64,000 nucleotides of DNA, from the NCBI GenBank assembly GCA_963767925.1, contig CAVYGB010000002.1:1056001-1120000 (forward strand), in the 5' to 3' direction. The notes below the pieces were generated by a model, which was given only the letters and a program-made list of their open reading frames with translations, searched no databases and was not told the DNA's origin. Positions 39,563 through 49,088 of the stretch are shown piece by piece. The position numbers were made by a program, and so were the translations under genes. Positions within the stretch are counted from its first letter, which is position 1; the number at the start of each line of letters is the position of its first letter. Source of the stretch: an uncultured delta proteobacterium (GTDB lineage Bacteria > Myxococcota_A > Polyangia > Fen-1088).

Positions 39563-40324
39563 TTACTGGGCGACGCGGATGATGCCGCAGCCCTGGAAGG
39601 TGTCGGTGCTGGTGCCCTGGTGGATGATGAGCGGACGGCCGTTGAGGTTCGAGGCCCCCGGGCCGCCGATGGTCCAGCTCACGTTGGCGGGCATGTTCGG
39701 GCGGATGTAGGTCAGCGTTCCCTTGCCGTCCTCGCCGCACATGATGCGGGCGTTGCCGCCGATGTTCTCGCCACGGGGCCAGTGGTTCGTGAAGTTCTCG
39801 CAGGTGGTGCCGTTGTGGATGTGGGTCAGGTTGGGACCGGGGCGGCAGCCCTCGACGGTGTAGGTCATCTCGACGCCGTTGGCGACCTGCTTGAAGGTCA
39901 CGGTTCCACGGATCGTGGCGCCCTGGAGGCCACCGACCATCGCCAGGGCGCTGGGGCCGGCGGCGGCGTTGGCGCCGTCGGAGCCGCCGCCGTCGCGGCG
40001 GACGGCGCCGTCAGCGGGGCGGACGTCGGAGGGGCGGCCGGCGTCGGCGGGGCGGGCGCTGTCGGGGCGGCGGCCGTCGGCGGGGCGGGCGGCGTCGGGG
40101 GCGCGGCCGGCCGAGCCGCCTGCGCCACCGGAGCCGGCGCTGCCGCCGGTGCCTGCGGAGCCGCCGGTGCCGGCGCTACCGCCGGTGCCTGCGGAGCCGC
40201 CGGTGCCGGCGCTGCCGCCGCGGCCACCGGTGCCGCCGCCGTTGTCCATCTCGGCGGGGCAGCCTGCGCTGAGCAGGGTGATGAGTCCTAATGAAACTAA
40301 GGCGCCTCGGGCTACGTGCTTCAT
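39563..40324 (-). CDS. Cu/Zn-SOD-fold lipoprotein with Gly-rich and PADAG linker repeats
   Basis: LSAGC lipobox, GTVTFKQ, THIH..C, NHW, GRPLIIH, GCGII. Confidence 0.75.
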   Translation of the reverse strand: MKHVARGALVSLGLITLLSAGCPAEMDNGGGTGGRGGSAGTGGSAGTGGSAGTGGSAGTGGSAGSGGAGGSAGRAPDAARPADGRRPDSARPADAGRPSDVRPADGAVRRDGGGSDGANAAAGPSALAMVGGLQGATIRGTVTFKQVANGVEMTYTVEGCRPGPNLTHIHNGTTCENFTNHWPRGENIGGNARIMCGEDGKGTLTYIRPNMPANVSWTIGGPGASNLNGRPLIIHQGTSTDTFQGCGIIRVAQ

Positions 40325-40806
40325 TCGATTGCTCCTGACTTCTTTCGCTATCAGCAGGGCCGCGGGCCCCGGCTGGTGGTTGAGTAGGTGGTGTGCCTAG
40401 TTGTGGCCTGACCACGGTTCCGCACATCGCAACCGCTGCACGCAATGTGACGAAGGCGCGCAGTTTCGGCACTGCGGCATGTATGAAGTCTCCTACATTG
40501 CCGTTTTTTGGCCACCTCTGTCAACCCAAAGGGACGAGCAACATCAAGGCGCAGCAAAGCGTCGCGGCCCGCTCCCGCTCGGGTGTGCTCCCCTCATCTA
40601 GAGTCGGGCGCCCGGCCGAGCCTTCCCGGCGGACCTGAGAAGCGACGCCCGCGGCCACGTGACCGCGCTGGTGGCCGACCCGGGCTTCCCGCCTTCCGAG
40701 GCGGTGACCGACGCCGACTGCGTGCCGGTCCGCTACGCCTGCGGCCGGAGACCGGCGAAACGAGGGTGCGACGACGACGGAAGAGCCCCGCAGACGTTCG
40801 CGCGCG

Positions 40807-41916
40807 CTACGGGGCGCCGGCGTCGGGGCGGGAGGGGGCGTAGGGGTCGAAGGGGGGGCGGGAGACGCGGCGGCGGTTGAGGGTGGCGAGCTCGGCGGGG
40901 GTGAAGGCCTGGGGGCTGCCGGCGGGGAAGACGCGGCGGATGAAGGCGACGATGCTGGCGCGGGCGGCGGCGCCGAGGTCGGGCTGGCCGTCGGCGGCGC
41001 CCTCGACGCATTCGTCCCACATGTCGAAGAGCAGCTCGCGCTTCTCGCTGCCCGAGAGATTGGGGAGCTGGTTCACGTGCTCGAGCCGCTCCTTGAGATG
41101 GAACAGCCCCGCCTGCTGGCGGCGGAGGGCGGCTTCCCGGGCCAGGCAGAGGCGCTCCTCGAAGGTGGCCTCGGCGACCTTTCGCTTCTCGTGGGAGAAG
41201 GGATCGTTGCCCGCCACCCGCTCGGCCAGCGCGGTCAGGTCGGGGAGCGGCTCGCGGAAGCGCATGCCCCCTTCGGCGTCGACGGCGACGCCGAGGCCGG
41301 TGCCGGTCTCGCGCTTGCCCTGGGCCCGCTCGGCGATGGGGTTGAAGACCACGTCGGGCAGGGGGATCAGCGGCAGGCCCATGGAGTCGCGGGGCGGGCC
41401 GCTCGGGAGGCGCTCGCCGGGGGGCATGCGGGTGAGCGGTGTCGATTCCACGGGCGAGCGCATGCGCAGCCAGAAGCGGCTCTTCGGCGCGGTGGGGTCG
41501 GCGGCGTCGGATGGGGCGGCCGGCGGCGCGGTGGCTCGCGGCGAGAGAGGGCGGTTGCGGCGAGCGGGGCGGTTCGGCGGGCTCGAGGGTGGGTGGCTGG
41601 CAGCGGGGGCGCCGGCGCGGTTTCGTGGGCGGGGGGCGGGAGGGGAATTTTTGCCGGTGGGTGGCTGGGCCGTGGGCGGGGGGATAGCGGGAACGGGAAC
41701 GGGAGATAGCTGGGGCGGGGGAACGGCGGGAACGGGAGAAACCTGGGCGGGATCGGGGACCGTTCGGATGTCGAGGTCGAGGATCTCGCTCGACCGGGGC
41801 GGGGGCGGCCAGGGGGGAGTGGACGGCGCCCGCAGGAAGAGCAGCAGCGCGAGCAGTCCGTGCGCCGCCAGCGACAGCAGCAACGGGCGCACGAGAAATC
41901 GGCGCTTGCCGGCCAT
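40807..41916 (-). CDS. Hypothetical Pro-rich membrane-anchored protein
   Basis: SLAAH TM segment, Pro-rich linker, C-terminal domain (LFDMWDEC..FIRRVFP). Confidence 0.7.
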   Translation of the reverse strand: MAGKRRFLVRPLLLSLAAHGLLALLLFLRAPSTPPWPPPPRSSEILDLDIRTVPDPAQVSPVPAVPPPQLSPVPVPAIPPPTAQPPTGKNSPPAPRPRNRAGAPAASHPPSSPPNRPARRNRPLSPRATAPPAAPSDAADPTAPKSRFWLRMRSPVESTPLTRMPPGERLPSGPPRDSMGLPLIPLPDVVFNPIAERAQGKRETGTGLGVAVDAEGGMRFREPLPDLTALAERVAGNDPFSHEKRKVAEATFEERLCLAREAALRRQQAGLFHLKERLEHVNQLPNLSGSEKRELLFDMWDECVEGAADGQPDLGAAARASIVAFIRRVFPAGSPQAFTPAELATLNRRRVSRPPFDPYAPSRPDAGAP

Positions 41917-42008
41917 GGGCGGAGATCTTACTCCGCGCGCGGAGCCGGTCGAGCCGACCGGGCGCACTCGCCGCAACCGCCCGCCGTGTTTGTGGCTACA
42001 TTGCTCAC

Positions 42009-42332
42009 ATGCTGCACGGTGACTTGCTGGCCGGCATTCCCGCCGACCTGCCCGACGAGCTGATCACGCCCCTGCTGGTGCGGTCGGGGATGCGCGTCGA
42101 GCGGATCGTCTCGCGGGGGCACCGCTCGCCACCGGGCTTCTGGTACGACCAGGATGAGCACGAGCTGGTGCTGCTTGTCGCTGGCGAAGCCCGCCTGCAG
42201 CTCGAGGGGGCGCCCGAGCAGACGCTCCGCCCGGGACAGTGGCTGGACATCCCGGCCCACGCCCGCCACCGGGTGACCTTCACGGCGCCCGACGCCGATA
42301 CGGTCTGGCTGGCGATCTTCCACACGACCTGA
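42009..42332 (+). CDS. Cupin-domain protein
   Basis: VERIVSRGHRSPPGFWYDQ..E..IPAHARHRV..TVWLAI. Confidence 0.88.
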   Translation: MLHGDLLAGIPADLPDELITPLLVRSGMRVERIVSRGHRSPPGFWYDQDEHELVLLVAGEARLQLEGAPEQTLRPGQWLDIPAHARHRVTFTAPDADTVWLAIFHTT

Positions 42333-42509
42333 AGGACCCGCCACCCGTGATCCCGACCGCGCCGCGCCCTCCTTCCCGCTCCAGCTACCGGGCGACCGCG
42401 CCAAGCGCCCCGGCCGACTCGCCTGGTTGGTCCAGGGTCCATGCGCACCCAGGCCCACAGCGCGCCCGGACAGGCACGCAGCGTCTGCCCCCCGAGGGCG
42501 AGCCCCGAG

Positions 42510-42669
42510 GCGCGACCGGCGCATTCGAATATCGACGAGGACGGTGGACGGCGACCCACGCGGCGCGACCGGCCCACCGGCGTCGACGAGGACGGTGGGC
42601 GGCGACCCACGCGGCGCGGCCGGCGCATTCGGTTTCGACAAGGACGGTGCGCGGCGACCCACGGTGCGC
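42510..42669. repeat. Three imperfect ~51-bp tandem units upstream of a histidine kinase
   Basis: TCGAC(G/A)AGGACGGTG..CGGCGACCCACG at 42532, 42583 and 42635. Confidence 0.85.
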
Positions 42670-42680
42670 ATAGACTGGTG

Positions 42681-44012
42681 ATGCGCGTGCGGCTCTTCCG
42701 GTTCTTTTCCCGCGTGATCGACCAGGGCGTGACGCCCGTGCTCGATCCGGCCCTGCGCAAGCGGATCCGGCTGACCAACGCCCTTTCGCTGTTCGCCGCC
42801 TTCGTGCTGTTCGCCAGCATCCCCTTCGACTGGGTCACGGCGCCGCGCTGGATGCTGGTCGAGGACGTCGCGGGCGGCGTCGCCTTCCTGTCCCTGTTGC
42901 TGCTCAACCGGGCGGGCAAGCTGACCGCCTCGCGCCTGGCTTGCCTGGCGCTCGCCAACCTGATCGTCCTCGGCAACGCCGCCCTGCTGGGGCCCACCTC
43001 GGGCGCGCCCATGGTGTTCCTGGCCCTGACCGCCCTGCCCTTCGCCCTGTTCGACCTGGGGGACCGGCGGTTCTTGATCCCGTCGGTGCTGCTCGCCCTG
43101 GTCTGCCTCATCGTCGCCGAGTCGGACCTGCTGGCCGGCCTGCGCTCGGTGTCGGAGAACTACTCGCCGGCCGCCTACCGCATCTACAGCGCCGCGGTCA
43201 CGGTGAGCGCCCTGCTGTTTCTGCTCGTCCAGATCTCCCGGGCCAACGCCCGCGCCGAGCAGGAGCTGCGCGAGAACCGGGCCACCGCCATCCACTCGGC
43301 CAAGATGGCCGCCCTCGGGGAGATGAGCGGCAACATCGCCCACGAGGTCAACAACCCCCTGACCGCGATCCGCCTGCGCGCCGACCGGCTGCTGCGCCTG
43401 TCGAGCGCCGGCAAGCTCGACCAGCAGAAGGTGGCGGACAACGCCCGGGAGATCGAGAAGACGGTGGCCCGCATCGCCCGCATCGTGGACTCGCTGCGCT
43501 CCTTCGCCCGCGACGTGGAGCGGGACCCCCTGCGGCCCGAGAGCGTCGCCCAGATCGTCCAGGACACCATCGAGCTGTGCGCCGAGCGCTTCCGCCAGCA
43601 CGCCATCACGCTGGAGGTGGCCGACATCCCGGGCGACCTGCGCATCGCCTGTCGCGGCGTCCAGATCTCGCAGGTGCTGCTCAACCTGCTCAGCAACGCC
43701 CACGACGCGGTCGAGCGGCAGCCCTCCGCCTGGGTGCGCATCGCCGCCCGGACCACCGGCGCCGAGGAGGTGCTGATCACCGTGACCGACAGCGGCCTCG
43801 GCATCCCGCTGGAGCTGCGCACGCGGATCATGGAGCCGTTCTTCACGACCAAGGAGCTCGGCAAGGGCACCGGCCTGGGCCTCAGCGTCTCGCAGGGCAT
43901 CGCCGCGGCCCACGGCGGACGCCTGGCTTACGACTCGGAGTCGCGCAACACCCGATTCGCCCTCACGCTCCGGCGCTGGGCCGAGCCGCCCGGCAGCATC
44001 CGGGCGTCATGA
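42681..44012 (+). CDS. Membrane sensor histidine kinase
   Basis: Multi-TM N-terminus, [33 protein letters not shown]. Confidence 0.92.
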   Translation: MRVRLFRFFSRVIDQGVTPVLDPALRKRIRLTNALSLFAAFVLFASIPFDWVTAPRWMLVEDVAGGVAFLSLLLLNRAGKLTASRLACLALANLIVLGNAALLGPTSGAPMVFLALTALPFALFDLGDRRFLIPSVLLALVCLIVAESDLLAGLRSVSENYSPAAYRIYSAAVTVSALLFLLVQISRANARAEQELRENRATAIHSAKMAALGEMSGNIAHEVNNPLTAIRLRADRLLRLSSAGKLDQQKVADNAREIEKTVARIARIVDSLRSFARDVERDPLRPESVAQIVQDTIELCAERFRQHAITLEVADIPGDLRIACRGVQISQVLLNLLSNAHDAVERQPSAWVRIAARTTGAEEVLITVTDSGLGIPLELRTRIMEPFFTTKELGKGTGLGLSVSQGIAAAHGGRLAYDSESRNTRFALTLRRWAEPPGSIRAS

Positions 44013-46493
44013 CCCCGGCAGGGGCAGCCCGGCCTCGCGCCCCTCGGTAGCCGGTTCGTCGGGCAAAGCCGCGGGAGCAGCGGGGCTCCCGGAGGGGCGC
44101 CCGGCGGTCGGGCCGTCGGACCCCTCGGTCTCCTCGACGTCGCGCACGGCGCGGTGGATCTGCTCGAGCATGCCGGTGCTGCGCCGCTCGAGGGGGCCCA
44201 TCAGCAGGCGGCGCTCCTCGTCGCTGCCGAACAGCCGGGCGAACTCCCGCCGGTCGCGCAGCTTGGCCTCGAGCACCCGCGTGAGATCGGCCGGGTCCTC
44301 GATGACGTAGGGGGTGAGGGCGAGGATGATGTTCTGCTTCTCGGTGACCTTCTGGGTGTTGCGAAAGAAGAAGCCGATGAGGGGGATGTCGCCCAGCAGG
44401 GGGACCTTCTGGGCGGCGTCGCTGACCCGCTCGCGGGTGAGCCCGCTGATGACGATGGTCTGCTGGTCCCGGGCGAACACGGTCGTGTGGGTGGTGCGGC
44501 GGCTGGTGGAGGGGCCGAGGTTGTTCTCGTTGGTGCCCAGCTCCGACATCTCCTGGTCGATCTCCAGGCGGATGAGGCCGTCCTCGTTGACGTGGGGGAT
44601 GAGCTTCAATTTCAGATCGACGTCCTCCCGGTTGACCGACACGGTGGGGACGAAGCTCCCGGCGGCGCCGCCGAGCGACTGGGTGAAGGCCCCGGGGACC
44701 GAGACGCGCTGGCCGACCGAGATCTCCCCCTCGTGGTTGTTGGTGATGAGGATGGCCGGGTTGGCGATGAGGTCGACGTTGTCGTTCTTCTGCAGGAGCT
44801 GGATGAAGGCGCCCACCGAGGGGACGTTGCGGGTCGACATGCCGAGCGCGCTGGCCAGGGCCTGCAGGGGCGCGCCGAGGGCCACGCCCGACAGGCCCAC
44901 CAGGGCTGACCCCAGCGTCGATTCGTCGAGCAGGAGGGTGCGACCGGCGTCGAACCCGCCCGCCAGGACGGCCCCCTCGCCGACCGGCCGTCCGGCGACG
45001 TACGAGATGCCGATGTCGCGCTTCTTGGTGCGCAGCACCTCCATGATGCTGGCCTCGACGTAGACCTGCTTGCGGGGGGTGTCGATCTCCTCGATCAGGC
45101 GGCGCAAGGTGCGAAAATCGTCGAGCGACGACAGCACGAGCAGGCCGTTGGTGCTGGGGTCGGAGGTCACCCGCACCTCCCCGCCGAACAGCGGCGCGGC
45201 CCCCGCGCCGGCGCGGGTCCCCCCGGCGGCGGGCGCGGCGGGCGCTGGCATGGCGGCGGCGCCCGGGCGGTTGCGCGCCCCCTCGGGGGCGGGCCCGCGC
45301 GCGACCTGCACGTCGGCCAGGGTGGCCAGCATGGTGGCGACCGCGTCGCAGTCGGCGTGGCGGCAGCGGTAGCCGTGCACCTTGGCGGCGCGGGTCTCGG
45401 CGGGCACGTCGAGCCGCGCGGCGAGCGCCGCCAGCCGGGCGAAGGCCGCGTCGGTGGCCACCACCAGCAGGCGCCCCGCCCGATCGTCCGGCTGCAGCCG
45501 GGCCACCCCGGCCAGGGTGGCGCCGCTCGCGGCACCGCCGCCGCCCGCGGAGTTGCTGGCCGGGGCCAGGGCCGCGGCCGGGCCCCCGCCGCGACGGGCG
45601 CCGCCGCCGGCCAGGCCCGCGGGCAGCCCCGCCAGCTCGGACAGCGTCTGCGCCAGATCGACCGCCGACAGGTGCCGGGCGGGCAAGGTCCACAGCCGCA
45701 TCTGCTCGCCCGGCACATCCAGCGCCGCCACCAGCGCCACGAGCCGCTCCAGCGACGCCGCCCGATCGGTGATCAGCAACATCCCCGCCGGCGGATAACC
45801 CGTGACCACGCCGTGTTCGCCCCGGTAGCTCTGCAGCACCAGCACCAGGTCGGTCACGGCCACGTGTTTCACCCGCACCAGCCGCGTGACGTACCCCTCC
45901 TCCCGCCCCGCCGACGCCCCCTCGGACAGCACCGGCAACATCGCCCGCGGGCTCTTGCTCGCCTCGATCACGCGCAAGAACCGCCCGAACGGCTCGACGG
46001 TCAGCCCCACCGTCTCGAGCAAGGCGAGGAACAGCCGGTACGCCTCCGCCGGCGACACCACCTCCGGCGAGAACACGGTGACCTTCCGCCCCGCGAGCTG
46101 CAACCCCGTGGCCACGATGAACCCCCGGCAGGTCGCCCCGCTGATCCAGGCGATCACATCCGTGATCTCCGACTCCGGCTTCAAGGTCACCCGGATCCCC
46201 TTCACCGCCACCTTCAAGCAGCCGCCAAACTCCCGCTCCCCCACCACCTCCACCGCCCCCAACCCCGCCACTCCCGCCCCGACGGAGGGCACCGCCGCCT
46301 CCGGCTTCGTCGATCCCACCGCGACAGCCGGCTCCTCGCGTCGCCCCTTGGCGGCAGGCTCCGCCGTCACACCCGCCTCGACGGCCTTCGCCGGCGGCGA
46401 CGCGCCGACCGCCTTCGCCGGATCCCCCACCGCTCCCCGAGGAGGAACACCAGCCAGGATCGCAGCGAGCAGCAGGGCCATCGACGTCCGCAT
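44007..46493 (-). CDS. gspD: Type II secretion secretin GspD
   Basis: N0 domain (VTVFSP..EAYRLFL), N1-N3 repeats, RKQVYVEASIME, KVPLLGDIPLIGFFF, LTPYVI. Confidence 0.88.
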   Translation of the reverse strand: MRTSMALLLAAILAGVPPRGAVGDPAKAVGASPPAKAVEAGVTAEPAAKGRREEPAVAVGSTKPEAAVPSVGAGVAGLGAVEVVGEREFGGCLKVAVKGIRVTLKPESEITDVIAWISGATCRGFIVATGLQLAGRKVTVFSPEVVSPAEAYRLFLALLETVGLTVEPFGRFLRVIEASKSPRAMLPVLSEGASAGREEGYVTRLVRVKHVAVTDLVLVLQSYRGEHGVVTGYPPAGMLLITDRAASLERLVALVAALDVPGEQMRLWTLPARHLSAVDLAQTLSELAGLPAGLAGGGARRGGGPAAALAPASNSAGGGGAASGATLAGVARLQPDDRAGRLLVVATDAAFARLAALAARLDVPAETRAAKVHGYRCRHADCDAVATMLATLADVQVARGPAPEGARNRPGAAAMPAPAAPAAGGTRAGAGAAPLFGGEVRVTSDPSTNGLLVLSSLDDFRTLRRLIEEIDTPRKQVYVEASIMEVLRTKKRDIGISYVAGRPVGEGAVLAGGFDAGRTLLLDESTLGSALVGLSGVALGAPLQALASALGMSTRNVPSVGAFIQLLQKNDNVDLIANPAILITNNHEGEISVGQRVSVPGAFTQSLGGAAGSFVPTVSVNREDVDLKLKLIPHVNEDGLIRLEIDQEMSELGTNENNLGPSTSRRTTHTTVFARDQQTIVISGLTRERVSDAAQKVPLLGDIPLIGFFFRNTQKVTEKQNIILALTPYVIEDPADLTRVLEAKLRDRREFARLFGSDEERRLLMGPLERRSTGMLEQIHRAVRDVEETEGSDGPTAGRPSGSPAAPAALPDEPATEGREAGLPLPGS

Positions 46494-46719
46494 GTTCACC
46501 ACCTGTGCAACGCCGATGCCGCCGCTCCTCGCACCGCGAACCAGCGGATCCAACCGCCGAGGACGCCCCGCCCAAGCCCCGTCGCCTGCCACTCTGACGA
46601 TCACCGGCCCCGCCCCACGCCAAACCGACGCCTCACCGAATGTGATCGCGCCCGCGCGCACATGCTGTTCAGGCAGGCCCCCCGCTCCCTGTTTGCCCCC
46701 TCCCCGGACGTCTGCGGCC

Positions 46720-46860
46720 GTGGGGAGAGGGTGAAGGGTGAGGGGCGGTTGCCTCGCCGGAGGCCCCTCACCCGGCGCGCAGACGCGCCGACCTCTCCCC
46801 CGGCAGACCGCGGGGAGAGGTGATGACCTGCGACGCGCGGCGGGGAGAGGTGATGAGAGA
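46720..46860. repeat. REP-like GGGGAGAGG/CCCTCACC palindromic cluster
   Basis: GGGGAGAGGGTGAAGGGTGAGGGGC..GCCCCTCACCC..CCTCTCCCC..GGGGAGAGGTGA x2. Confidence 0.7.
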
Positions 46861-46972
46861 GGGGGCGCCGCGCGAGCGCGTGCGAAGGCGGGGGCAGCGC
46901 TGCGGGGGGCGTGTCATGGCGGGGGCGGGGCGGGTTGTGACGGGTGGGGGGGATTCGGGCATACTCCGCGGC

Positions 46973-47833
46973 ATGCCGGGGCGGTCTGACCTGCATGAAG
47001 CCAATCGCCGGAGCTGGAACGCGGCGACGGTTGCCCACAACAGCCACAAGCAGGGGCAAGCCGGCTTCCTGCGCGGGGGTGGCACGACCCTGTTCCCCGA
47101 GGAGGTGGCGCTCCTCGGGGAGGTGCGCGGCGCGCGCGTCCTGCACCTGATGTGCAACGCGGGGCCGGATACCCTCTCGATCGCCGCGCAGGGCGCGCGG
47201 GTCACCGGCGTCGACATCAGCGACGAGGCCATCCGCTACGCCAAGCACCTGTCGCAGGAGGCCGGGATCCCGGCCGACTTCCTGCGCAGCGACGTCTACG
47301 ACTTCCTGTCGACCGCGCTCGAGCGCACCTGGGACGTCGTCTTCATGTCTTACGGGGCCTACATCTGGCTGTCCGACCTGGAGACCTACCTGCGCCAGGT
47401 GGCGCGGGTGCTGGCGCCGGGCGGACGGCTGGTCATCATGGAGTTTCACCCGTTCTTGCAGATGTTCGACGAGCGGTGGACCCCCGTCGACGCCTACTCG
47501 ACCGCGGGGCGCCCGGTGACCTCGAACCCCGGGGTGCACGACTACGTTGGGATGTCGGGCAGCGGGCTGGTGCCCTGGGGGCCGAGCGCGGGCGTGGCGG
47601 GGTTCAGCAACCCGCACGAGTGTCACCAGTTCAACTGGAGCCTCGGCGACATCGTCGGCGGGGTGATCGGGGCGGGGCTGCGGCTCGAGCACTTCCGGGA
47701 GTACCTCTACGCCAACGGCTGCAAGCTGTTCGAGGACATGGAGCAGGTCGAGGGCCGCCGCTACGTCCCCGCCCCCGGCCGCCCGGTCATCCCCCAGATG
47801 TTCAGCCTCGTCGCCCGCCGCGACACCGCCTGA
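46973..47833 (+). CDS. Class I SAM-dependent methyltransferase
   Basis: VLHLMCNAGPDTLS, VTGVDIS, LAPGGRL, EFHP. Confidence 0.9.
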   Translation: MPGRSDLHEANRRSWNAATVAHNSHKQGQAGFLRGGGTTLFPEEVALLGEVRGARVLHLMCNAGPDTLSIAAQGARVTGVDISDEAIRYAKHLSQEAGIPADFLRSDVYDFLSTALERTWDVVFMSYGAYIWLSDLETYLRQVARVLAPGGRLVIMEFHPFLQMFDERWTPVDAYSTAGRPVTSNPGVHDYVGMSGSGLVPWGPSAGVAGFSNPHECHQFNWSLGDIVGGVIGAGLRLEHFREYLYANGCKLFEDMEQVEGRRYVPAPGRPVIPQMFSLVARRDTA

Positions 47834-47888
47834 TCGCCGACCGCCCGGGCGATTTCCCGACTACCCGTATGATAGCGGCTCTCCCGCC

Positions 47889-48842
47889 ATGACCACCCGT
47901 CCTGACCTCGCCGAGGTTCGCGCCGCCGCCGACCGCATCGCTCCGTTTGCCCACCGGACGCCGGTCGCCACCTGCGCGACCCTCGACCGGATGGCCGGGC
48001 GGCAGCTCTTCTTCAAGTGTGAGCACCTGCAGAAGACCGGGTCCTTCAAGTTCCGGGGCGCTTGCAACGCCGTCATGAAGCTGCCCGCCGAGGTGGCGGC
48101 GCGCGGGGTGGTCACCCACAGCTCCGGCAACCACGCCGCGGCGCTGGCCCAGGCCGCCCGCCTGCGCGGCACCTCCGCCCACGTGGTCATGCCCACCAGC
48201 GCCTCGTCGCTCAAGCGCCGGGCCACCCTGGGCTACGGGGCCGAGGTGATCGACTGCGCCCCCACCCTGGAGGCGCGGGAGAGCACCGCCGCCGCCACCC
48301 TCGCGCGCACCGGCGGCACGCTGATCCCACCCTTCGATCATCCCGACATCATCGCCGGCCAGGGGACCGCCGCCCTCGAGCTGCTGGCCGACGTCCCCGA
48401 CCTGGACGCGATCGTCGGCCCGCTCGGCGGGGGCGGGCTGATATCGGGCCTGTGCATCGCCGGACACGGGCTGTCGCCGCGCCTGCGCGTCGTCGCCGCC
48501 GAGCCGAAGGCGGTGGACGACGGCGCCCGCTCGCTGGCCGCCGGGCAGCTCGTTCCCCAGCCCGGTGGCCGCAGCATCGCCGACGGCCTGCTCACCAGCC
48601 TCGGCGCCCAGACCTGGCCGATCATCCGCGAGCAGGTGGATCGGGTGATCACCGTGTCGGAGGAGGAGATCGTCGCGGCGATGCGCCTGCTGTGGGAGCG
48701 GGCCAAGCTGATGGTGGAGCCCAGCTCCGCCGTGGTGCTGGCCGCCCTGCTGTCACCGGAGGCAGCAGCCCTCACCGGCGTGCAGCGGGTGGGGCTGGTG
48801 CTCTCGGGCGGAAACGTCGATCTGGATCACCTGCCCTGGTAA
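47889..48842 (+). CDS. PLP-dependent threonine/serine dehydratase or serine racemase
   Basis: KCEHLQKTGSFKFRGA, SSGNHA, GGGGL, VEPS, SGGN. Confidence 0.93.
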   Translation: MTTRPDLAEVRAAADRIAPFAHRTPVATCATLDRMAGRQLFFKCEHLQKTGSFKFRGACNAVMKLPAEVAARGVVTHSSGNHAAALAQAARLRGTSAHVVMPTSASSLKRRATLGYGAEVIDCAPTLEARESTAAATLARTGGTLIPPFDHPDIIAGQGTAALELLADVPDLDAIVGPLGGGGLISGLCIAGHGLSPRLRVVAAEPKAVDDGARSLAAGQLVPQPGGRSIADGLLTSLGAQTWPIIREQVDRVITVSEEEIVAAMRLLWERAKLMVEPSSAVVLAALLSPEAAALTGVQRVGLVLSGGNVDLDHLPW

Positions 48843-48912
48843 GGGCGGAAGCGCGGCGGGCAGACGCCGGCCTCATCCTGTCCTGGGGCGGGCGATCAAG
48901 ATCGCCCCGGAG

Positions 48913-49083
48913 GCCCCTCACCCCTCCCTCTCCCCGCTTCGCCGGGCGAGGGCGAACAATCACCGGGATGCCCCGGCATCGTCCCGAGCGAGGGATCCAC
49001 GGTCGGTTGATCCGAGATTTTCCGCGACCCGTTGCCTGTTCGCCCTCGCCCCGCGGCAGCGGGGAGAGGGAGGGGTGAGGGGC
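48913..49083. repeat. REP/MITE-like element, same family as 32980-33155
   Basis: Inverted arms 48913-48958 and 49037-49083. Confidence 0.85.
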
Positions 49084-49088
49084 TCTGG

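Noticed and set aside
39990..40240. Short tandem repeats in the SodC-like gene and other lipoproteins as mobile or regulatory arrays
   Set aside because: They are in-frame Gly/Pro-rich linker coding repeats, common in such lipoproteins.
42510..42669. CRISPR array
   Set aside because: The linkers are short and related to each other, so this is a tandem repeat rather than unique spacers.
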